Positions 57,312 to 64,000 of a stretch of 64,000 bases of DNA are shown here, in pieces. The DNA is from an uncultured Acidobacteriota bacterium (GTDB lineage Bacteria; Acidobacteriota; Polarisedimenticolia; Gp22-AA2). The notes below the pieces were generated by a model. It saw only the letters and a list, made by a program, of their open reading frames with translations, was not told the origin of the DNA and did not search any database. The position numbers and the translations under genes were made by a program. The stretch's first letter is position 1; each line of letters opens with the position of its first letter. Where the stretch lies: NCBI GenBank assembly GCA_964384905.1, contig CAYLND010000002.1, positions 669 to 64,668 on the forward strand. Direction: 5' to 3'.

Positions 57312-58330
57312 AGCTCGTCATCCAGATCCCCTGCCTGAACGAGGAGGCGACGCTGCCCATCACGCTGACCGGCCTGCCGCGCGCCCTGCCTGGCGTGGAC
57401 TCCATCGAGGTCCTGGTGATCGACGACGGCAGCACGGACGGAACGGTGGAGGTCGCGCGGCGGATGGGGGTCGACCATGTGGTGAGGCTGCCCCGACATC
57501 AGGGGCTGGCCGCCGCGTTTCGCGTCGGGCTGGAGGCGAGCCTGAAGCTGGGAGCCGACATCATCGTGAACACCGACGCCGACAACCAGTACGAGCCCCG
57601 CGATATCGGGCGTCTGGTGCAGCCGATCCTCGACGGTCGTGCCGACATGGTCGTCGGCGACCGCCAGGTTCAGGAAATCCGGCACTTCTCGGCGATCAAA
57701 AAGCTGCTGCACCGGGTCGGGGACTGGGTGATGGTGCGGCTCTCCGGAATCGAGCTTCTCGATTCCACCAGCGGATTCCGGGCGTACAGCCGGGAAGCGG
57801 CGCTGCGGCTCAACGTCTTCTCGAAGTTCACGTACACGCTGGAGACGCTGATCCAGGCCGGCAAGAAGCATCTGACCGTGGCGCACGTGCCGGTGCGGGT
57901 CAACGAGAAGCTGAGAGAATCCCGTCTCTTCCCGGGCCTCTGGTTCTACCTGAAACGATCGGCCAGCACCATGGTCCGGATCTACTCGATGTACGAGCCC
58001 CTGAAGATCTTCTCGTATCTGGGTGCCCTCGTCGGTGGCGCCGGAGTGCTGCTGCTGGTGCGCTTTCTCTATTACACCCTGGTCTCCGCGGGACCGGTCG
58101 GCAAGATCCAGTCCCTCCTGGCCGGCGTCGCGCTGATCGCGATGGGGCTGCTGCTCGGTCTGATCGGGGTCGTGAGCGACCTGATCGCCGCCAACCGCAC
58201 GCTGGTGGAAGACATCCAGTATCGGGTGCGCCGGATGGAGCTGCAGGCTCCCGGTCACGAGGCCGAAACATCCGGGACGGCGCGCCTGGAAGCCCTCCCT
58301 CCGAAGGCGCTCGCGGGGAGAGACCGATGA
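57308..58330 (+). CDS. GT2 polyprenol-phosphate sugar synthase-like glycosyltransferase (DPM-synthase/ArnC/GtrB-like) with C-terminal TM helices
   Basis: IQIPCLNEE...VIDDGSTDGT...NTDADNQYEP (DXD) catalytic domain followed by two C-terminal TM helices. GTGA overlap. Confidence 0.8.
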   Translation: MKLVIQIPCLNEEATLPITLTGLPRALPGVDSIEVLVIDDGSTDGTVEVARRMGVDHVVRLPRHQGLAAAFRVGLEASLKLGADIIVNTDADNQYEPRDIGRLVQPILDGRADMVVGDRQVQEIRHFSAIKKLLHRVGDWVMVRLSGIELLDSTSGFRAYSREAALRLNVFSKFTYTLETLIQAGKKHLTVAHVPVRVNEKLRESRLFPGLWFYLKRSASTMVRIYSMYEPLKIFSYLGALVGGAGVLLLVRFLYYTLVSAGPVGKIQSLLAGVALIAMGLLLGLIGVVSDLIAANRTLVEDIQYRVRRMELQAPGHEAETSGTARLEALPPKALAGRDR

Positions 58331-59460
58331 CCCGCCGGACGATCCTGGTGACCGGCGGCGCCGGATTCATCGGCACGCACCTGACATCGGCCCTGATCGA
58401 GAAAGGCCATCGGGTGCGGGTGCTCGACGTCCTGGATCCGCAGGTCCACGGCTCCGGCCCCGGCCGGCCGAGCGCTGAAGACATCGAGATGATCCGGGGG
58501 GATCTGCTGGACCCCGACGCGCTGAGTCGCGCCCTGGCCGGCGCGGAGGTCGTGTTCCACCTGGCGGCCGCCGTGGGGGTGGGGCAGTCGATGTACGAAG
58601 CGGCGCGCTATACCCGCGTCAACAGCGTCGGGACCGCGATGCTGATGGAACGAATCACCGCGCCGGGGTCGCGGGTGGAGAAGGTGATCGTTGCCTCCTC
58701 GATGTCGATCTACGGCGAGGGTCGGTATCGCTGCGCCGCGTGCGGTCCCGTGGCGCCCGAGCTTCGCAGCCGGGAGCAGCTCCTCGATGGACGATGGGAG
58801 CCGCCCTGTCCCGGCTGCGGGGAGCGCCTCGAGGCCGTGCCCACCGACGAGTCCAAGCCGCTGAATCCGACCTCGGTCTACGGGGTGACCAAGCGCAGCC
58901 AGGAGGAGACCGTCCTGGTGATGGGCCGGTCGTACGGAATCCCGGCGGTCGCGCTCCGCTATTTCAACGTCTACGGCCCCGGCCAGGCCCTCTCCAATCC
59001 GTACACCGGCGCGGCGGCGATCTTCGCGAGCCGTCTCCTCCACCAGCAGCCCCCCTGCCTGTTCGAGGACGGGGAGCAGGGACGCGATTTCACGCACGTG
59101 AGCGACATCGTCCAGGCGAATCTTCTGGCCATGGAGAGGAGCGAGGCCGACGAGCAGGCGCTCAACGTCGGGACCGGGGTCCTGACCTCGATCCTGGATC
59201 TCGCGCGCGGTCTGACCCGGAAGCTGGCTCCGGACGACGGAGTGGCGCCCAGAATCCTGGGAACGTTCCGGGAGGGCGACATCCGGCACTGCTACGCCGA
59301 CATCGCGCGGATCCGGACGCTGCTGGGGTACGAGCCCAGGGTGAGGATCGAACAAGGGTTCGACGGCCTCGCCGCGTGGGCCCGCACGCAGGAGTCGGTG
59401 GACCGGTTCGATCGGGCGGCCGCCGAGCTGGTTTCGCGCGGCCTGGTGATTGGAAGATGA
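58327..59460 (+). CDS. NAD-dependent epimerase/dehydratase (SDR, UDP-sugar 4-epimerase-like)
   Basis: TGGAGFIG Rossmann motif and YxxxK (YGVTK). ATGA overlap. Confidence 0.85.
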   Translation: MTRRTILVTGGAGFIGTHLTSALIEKGHRVRVLDVLDPQVHGSGPGRPSAEDIEMIRGDLLDPDALSRALAGAEVVFHLAAAVGVGQSMYEAARYTRVNSVGTAMLMERITAPGSRVEKVIVASSMSIYGEGRYRCAACGPVAPELRSREQLLDGRWEPPCPGCGERLEAVPTDESKPLNPTSVYGVTKRSQEETVLVMGRSYGIPAVALRYFNVYGPGQALSNPYTGAAAIFASRLLHQQPPCLFEDGEQGRDFTHVSDIVQANLLAMERSEADEQALNVGTGVLTSILDLARGLTRKLAPDDGVAPRILGTFREGDIRHCYADIARIRTLLGYEPRVRIEQGFDGLAAWARTQESVDRFDRAAAELVSRGLVIGR

Positions 59461-59477
59461 AAGGAGACAACGGGACG

Positions 59478-60968
59478 ATGTTCAGAGCGCTGGTGACCAA
59501 CCCGCCCTGGCCGGGAGACGGCTTCGGGGCGCGATCCTCGGTCAGGTGGCCGCACAAGCGGAAGGACAAGAAGCTCGAGTACCCGATTTTCCTCTCGTAC
59601 GCCGTCGCCCTGACCCGGGCGGCCGGCGTCGAGACCTCCTTCCTGGACGGCGTGTGCGATGAGCTGGGGACCGAGGCGTACGCGGCCGAGGTCGATCGAC
59701 TCGCGCCCGATTTCATCGCCATGGAGTGCTCCACCCCCTCCATCGACCACGACCTCGCGTCGGTGCGCCGCATCAAGGAGCGCCGGCCCCGCGTCTTCAT
59801 CGCCCTGATGGGATCGCACGCGACCTATTTCCACCAGCAGCTCCTCCAGGAGAACCCGGAGGTGGACGCCATCATCCGCGGCGAGTTCGAGATCACCATC
59901 CGTGAGATCGCCCTCGCCCTGAAGAACGGGGCGCCGCTTTCGGGAGTCGCCGGTCTGACGTTCCGTGAGGGTCCATCGATCCGGGTCAATCCGGAGCGGC
60001 CGTTCGACATCGACCTCGACACCTGGCCCTACCCGGCCCGGGACATCGTGCCGATCGGGAAGTACCAGACCGCCCAGTACCAGGGGCGCAACGGCACCTT
60101 CATGCTCTCCAGCCGTGGCTGCCCCTACCGGTGCACCTTCTGCCTGTGGCCCGGCACGATGGTCGGACGGGACTTCCGCGCCCGCCGGCCGGAGTCGGTG
60201 GTCGACGAGATGGAGCACCTGGTGAACCACTACGGAGTGGACGACATCTATTTCGACGACGACACCATGACCATCGATCGCGAGCGTCTTCTGGAAATCT
60301 GCCGGCTGATCCAGAAGCGCGACCTCAAGGTCCACTGGATCGCCATGGGCCGGGTCGACACGGTGGACGAGGAGCTTCTGAGCGAGATGCGCAAGGCCGG
60401 GTGCGACAACATCTATCTCGGGGTGGAGTCGGGCTCGCCGGAGATCCTGAAGCGTCTCAAGAAGGGCGTCCAGCTGCCCCAGGTCGAGCGCGCCTTCCGG
60501 ATCGCCCGGAAGGTCGGCGTCAAGACCCAGGCCTTTTTCATGCTGGGTGGGCCTGGAGAAACCCAGGAGACGCTGAAGGAGACGATCGAGTTCGCCGTCC
60601 GTCTGGACCCCGACAACGCCCAGTTCGCCGCGGCGGTCCCGTACCCGGGGACGGAGATGTACGAGGAGTCCCTGCGCAAGGGATACCTGAAGGCCAGCAG
60701 CTGGGAGGACTACGCCGCCCGGGACATCGTGCTGGAGACCGAGACGCTGTCCCGTCTCGACCTGGAGAAGGCCCGTCTGGAGGCATACCGCCGCTTCTAC
60801 CTCAGGCCCCGCTTCATCCTGCGCACGGCGCTGCGTCTGACGAGCCTGCGCGAGGTCCGTCGGGTCTTCCGGGGAACGCTGTCGATCGTCAGCCGGCTGA
60901 TCTACTTCTCCAAGAACGTGAAGAGGAAGGCACGGGGGACGCCGCCCGGCGCCTTGGAGCATGCCTGA
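59478..60968 (+). CDS. cobalamin (B12)-binding radical SAM protein (second copy)
   Basis: AAAGGAGA RBS 10 nt before the ATG at 59478; an alternative ATG at 59457 overlaps the epimerase stop. B12-binding-like N-terminus and a radical SAM core CPYRCTFC. Confidence 0.8.
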   Translation: MFRALVTNPPWPGDGFGARSSVRWPHKRKDKKLEYPIFLSYAVALTRAAGVETSFLDGVCDELGTEAYAAEVDRLAPDFIAMECSTPSIDHDLASVRRIKERRPRVFIALMGSHATYFHQQLLQENPEVDAIIRGEFEITIREIALALKNGAPLSGVAGLTFREGPSIRVNPERPFDIDLDTWPYPARDIVPIGKYQTAQYQGRNGTFMLSSRGCPYRCTFCLWPGTMVGRDFRARRPESVVDEMEHLVNHYGVDDIYFDDDTMTIDRERLLEICRLIQKRDLKVHWIAMGRVDTVDEELLSEMRKAGCDNIYLGVESGSPEILKRLKKGVQLPQVERAFRIARKVGVKTQAFFMLGGPGETQETLKETIEFAVRLDPDNAQFAAAVPYPGTEMYEESLRKGYLKASSWEDYAARDIVLETETLSRLDLEKARLEAYRRFYLRPRFILRTALRLTSLREVRRVFRGTLSIVSRLIYFSKNVKRKARGTPPGALEHA

Positions 60969-60970
60969 GG

Positions 60971-62122
60971 ATGACCGTCTGCTATTGGGGAACCTACGAC
61001 AGCGAGTATCCGCGCAATCGGATTCTCATGGCGGGTCTCAGGGCCAGCGGCGTCGAGGTGCGCGAATGTCACTTCCCGCTCTGGAAGGACACCGCGCAGA
61101 AAGTGCGGCAGGCGCGCTCGGGATGGGCGCGGCCCGGACTGATCCTCCGGTGGGCGCGGGCCTACGTCACCCTCTCGGCGCGCTTCCTGGTCTCGCCACG
61201 CCCGGACTTCTTGTTCGTCGGCTACTCGGGTCACTTCGATGTGTTCCCGGCCTGGCTGCTCTGCCGCGTGCGGCGCGTCCCGCTGATCTTCGACGCCTTC
61301 CTGAGCCTCTACGACTCGATCGTGCTCGATCGAGGCGCCCTGGCGCGGCGCGGATTCAAGGCGAGGCTCCTGGCCTGGGTGGATCGCAACGCCTGCCGTC
61401 TCGCCGATCGTGTCCTCCTGGACACGCGCTCGCACGCCGAGTTCTTCCGCGAGACCTTCGGCCTGCCCGCCGAGAAATTCTGGGTGCTCCCGATCGGCGC
61501 GGATGACCGCGTCTTCCGTCCCGATCGAGGCGCGTCGCGGAATGGCCGCCCCTACACCGTGCTCCACTTCGGACGCTATATTCCCCTGCACGGCCTGGAG
61601 ACGGTGGTCCGGGCGGCCAGGCTGCTGGAGGACAGGGGCGCCGCATGCCGGTTCCTGATGGTGGGCGATGGCGAGGAGAGAGCGCGCATCGAGATCCTGG
61701 CCCGGCAGCTCCGGTTGCGCAGCGTGGAGTTCCGCGCCCCCGAGACTCCGGAGCGCCTGGCCAGGACGATGCGCGAGGCCGATCTCTGCCTGGGGATCTT
61801 CGGGGAGACCGGCAAGGCCTCCCGGGTGATTCCGAACAAGGTGTACGAGGCGATGGCGGCCGGGAAGCCGGTCATCACCGGCGACTCTCCCGCCGCCCGG
61901 GAGCTGCTGACGAACGAGGCGGACTGCCTGCTCTGCAGCCGAGGGGATCCCGGGGCGCTGGCGGACGCGATCCTGCGGCTCCGGAACGACGCCGCCCTGG
62001 CGGAGCGTCTCGCGCTCGCGGGCCGGAAGCGGTTCCAGGAGAAGGCCGCTCCCGACGTGATCGGCCGGCTGCTCGTCGAGCGGCTCGAGGGATGGAAAGG
62101 GCATCATGACCGCGCGGCTTGA
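60971..62122 (+). CDS. glycosyltransferase family 4 (GT-B)
   Basis: C-terminal GT1/GT4 pattern (ADLCLGIF...IPNKVYEAMAAGKPVITGD). Confidence 0.75.
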   Translation: MTVCYWGTYDSEYPRNRILMAGLRASGVEVRECHFPLWKDTAQKVRQARSGWARPGLILRWARAYVTLSARFLVSPRPDFLFVGYSGHFDVFPAWLLCRVRRVPLIFDAFLSLYDSIVLDRGALARRGFKARLLAWVDRNACRLADRVLLDTRSHAEFFRETFGLPAEKFWVLPIGADDRVFRPDRGASRNGRPYTVLHFGRYIPLHGLETVVRAARLLEDRGAACRFLMVGDGEERARIEILARQLRLRSVEFRAPETPERLARTMREADLCLGIFGETGKASRVIPNKVYEAMAAGKPVITGDSPAARELLTNEADCLLCSRGDPGALADAILRLRNDAALAERLALAGRKRFQEKAAPDVIGRLLVERLEGWKGHHDRAA

Positions 62123-63551
62123 ACGAAGCACGCGATCGGAATGGACCTGGGTGATCCTGCTCCTGGGGCTGGCGCTCGCGTTGCGCGTCGGGTTCGTGTT
62201 TTTCGAGCAGCCCGGTTTCTATTTCGAGGACTCGCTCGACTACGACCACGCCGCGCGGGCGTTCCTCGAGACCGGGCACTTCTACGCCAAGTATTACCGG
62301 TTCCCGCTCTACCCGCTCGTCATGGCGGCCAGCTACAGGATGTTCGGGACGGGCCTGACCCCTTTCCGGATCATCCAGGCCCTGTTCGGGACCGCGACCT
62401 GCTTGTGTGTCTGGGTCCTCGGCCGCCGGCTCTTCGGCGTCCGCGCCGGGCTCCTGGCGCTCCTCGGTATGGCCGTCTTTCCGGTTCAGGTGGTCCTGGC
62501 TGGAATCGAGTATCCCGTGCTCCTCGGAACGTTCCTGATCTGGGGAGTCCTGACGCTGCTCGCTGGCGACCCGGCGGAGGCCGTCCATCGCACCGCCCGC
62601 CTGATCCTGATCGGAGCGGGAGTCGCCATCTCCGCCATGCTGTTCGAAGGGGGATGGGTGCTCGCTCTCTTCATCTGCCTGTGGAGCTATTTCCGGCCGC
62701 CTGCGGGACGTGTCGGCCGGCGCTCGGTGGGCATCGTCGCGCTCTCGTTCGTCGTGGTCATGTCGCCCTGGCTTTACGTCATGAGCGAGAGCGGCGACTA
62801 CAGGCAGCTGATTCTGCGCCCCGGTCTTCACCTGCCCTCGGCCCCCGGGGTGGAGCCACCCCTCTGGGAAGGGAGCGGCGAGAACCTGCTCGTGTCCAAG
62901 CTGTCGGGCCTGGCGCGAAATCCGTGGTGGACGGTGCGGTATGCCTGGGGCGAGTTCATCCACTTCTGGAATCCTTATCCCGACCGGCTCACCTCGGCCG
63001 ACGAGGCCTTTCGGGAGAAACTCCATGAGAGCGACGCGCGCATGACCGTCGACAATTCTCTGGTCAGCGATCGTTCTCGATGGCTCTACGCGGCGGGATT
63101 CGGGGCGCTGCTCGTCGCCGCGCTCATCGGGGGACTGGTGGCACTGCGAGCCGTTCCGGGCTCCGGCCTGGTGACCGCGTGGCCGGTCATGCTGGCGGCC
63201 TGCTACGCTCCGTTCTTCACGCAGATGCGCTACCGCATCCCCGCGGACCCCGCGTTCATTCTCCTGGGAGCCTTCGCAGCGGACCTGACCCTGAAGACGT
63301 CGCTGTGGCGCGAGCTTCTCGCGTCGCTGAAGGCCCTCTGGGAAGGATGGAAGCGGATCGCGGAGAAGATCGCGGCGGTGCAGACGCTGATTCTGCTGTT
63401 TCTCCTGTTCGTCGCGGGGATGGGTCCGATCTCCCTGTTGATGAGATGCTTCCGCAGGGACCCGATGCAGTCTCCGAAGGCTCCCGGATCGTTCTGGGCC
63501 GTGCGGGAGCGCACCCGCGAAAGGATGGAAGAGTGTCTGAAACAATTCTGA
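62106..63551 (+). CDS. GT-C-fold membrane glycosyltransferase (PMT/ArnT-like)
   Basis: ~11 TM helices with a first periplasmic loop containing FYFEDSLDYDHAARAF (acidic loop typical of GT39/GT83). Overlaps the upstream gene by 17 nt. Confidence 0.6.
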   Translation: MTARLERSTRSEWTWVILLLGLALALRVGFVFFEQPGFYFEDSLDYDHAARAFLETGHFYAKYYRFPLYPLVMAASYRMFGTGLTPFRIIQALFGTATCLCVWVLGRRLFGVRAGLLALLGMAVFPVQVVLAGIEYPVLLGTFLIWGVLTLLAGDPAEAVHRTARLILIGAGVAISAMLFEGGWVLALFICLWSYFRPPAGRVGRRSVGIVALSFVVVMSPWLYVMSESGDYRQLILRPGLHLPSAPGVEPPLWEGSGENLLVSKLSGLARNPWWTVRYAWGEFIHFWNPYPDRLTSADEAFREKLHESDARMTVDNSLVSDRSRWLYAAGFGALLVAALIGGLVALRAVPGSGLVTAWPVMLAACYAPFFTQMRYRIPADPAFILLGAFAADLTLKTSLWRELLASLKALWEGWKRIAEKIAAVQTLILLFLLFVAGMGPISLLMRCFRRDPMQSPKAPGSFWAVRERTRERMEECLKQF

Positions 63552-63564
63552 GCGAGAGGCGAGC

Positions 63565-64000
63565 GTGAACATCCTGGGAATCTCCTGTTTCTATCACGAC
63601 TCCGCCGCGTGTCTCATCCAGGACGGCCGACTGGTCGCAGCGGCTTCCGAGGAGCGCTTCACCCGCAAGAAGCACGACGAGGGCTTCCCTCATCAGGCCA
63701 TTCGGTACTGCCTGAAGGCGGGAAGGATCTCCGAGAAAGATCTCGACTACGTGGGGTTCTACGACAAGCCTTTCCTGAAGTTCGAGCGGCTCCTCTCCAC
63801 GTATCTTTCGACGTTCCCGCGGGGATTCCGCTCCTTCTCCAAGGCGATGCCGGTCTGGCTGAAAGAGAAGCTCTGGATTCCCCAGATGATCAGGAAAGAG
63901 CTCAAGTACGAGGGGAAAATCCTGTTCACCGAGCATCATCTGTCACATGCCGCCAGCGCCTTCCTGGTGAGCCCCTTCAGGGAAGCGGCGATCCTCACGG
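63565..64000 (+). CDS. carbamoyltransferase (NodU/CmcH family), N-terminal part; continues past the window end
   Basis: GTG start with a GAGAGG RBS. The N-terminus VNILGISCFYHDSAACLIQDGRLVAAASEERFTRKKHD is the hallmark of NodU/CmcH O-carbamoyltransferases. There is no stop within the window. Confidence 0.8.
   Translation, partial: MNILGISCFYHDSAACLIQDGRLVAAASEERFTRKKHDEGFPHQAIRYCLKAGRISEKDLDYVGFYDKPFLKFERLLSTYLSTFPRGFRSFSKAMPVWLKEKLWIPQMIRKELKYEGKILFTEHHLSHAASAFLVSPFREAAILT

Overview
This is a high-GC (about 65-70%) stretch of a Gram-negative bacterial chromosome in which protein-coding ORFs fill nearly the whole window. I found no rRNA, tRNA, CRISPR array or mobile element. There are four blocks. 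(1) 1-9.3 kb holds assorted accessory genes. Those I can name are a GFA-family protein, a TMEM175/DUF1211-like K+ channel homolog, a DUF481 outer-membrane protein, a DUF1570 HExxH/TPR peptidase-like gene that overlaps an MsbA-type ABC exporter by GTGA, and an OsmC-family gene. There are also several small secreted proteins. (2) 9.3-23.8 kb holds a GAF sensor histidine kinase and an NtrC-type sigma-54 activator. Next to them is a TGGCAC-N5-TTGCT sigma-54 promoter in front of a plus-strand run of genes. That run encodes UspA, hemerythrin, a membrane-anchored hexaheme cytochrome, an AhbD/NirJ-like radical SAM protein, a decaheme MtrA/DmsE-family cytochrome, an MtrB/PioB-family outer-membrane porin and a quinol-type nitric-oxide reductase (qNOR). 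A pentaheme cytochrome lies on the opposite strand. (3) 23.9-28.3 kb holds a Ser/Thr kinase, a transglutaminase-like protein, an AraC regulator and a VOC/glyoxalase gene. (4) From 28.5 kb to the window end runs a roughly 35 kb glycan-biosynthesis operon in which nearly every gene overlaps the next by ATGA or GTGA. It encodes Wza, a heparinase II/III-like protein, a RfaH/UpxY-like antiterminator, Wzx and a Wzc tyrosine kinase. It also encodes GT2 and GT4 glycosyltransferases, four polytopic GT-C/PMT-like membrane proteins, a polyprenol-phosphate-sugar-synthase-like GT2, two methyltransferases, a deacetylase, an epimerase and a carbamoyltransferase. Three radical SAM enzymes are embedded in it, two of them cobalamin-binding and one SPASM type. 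Two findings look most novel. One is the sigma-54/NtrC-controlled porin-cytochrome conduit that appears to be co-transcribed with qNOR and a radical SAM protein. The other is the radical-SAM-rich, GT-C-rich glycan operon. Every functional call rests on motifs I recognised by eye in the translated ORFs; I could run no database searches.
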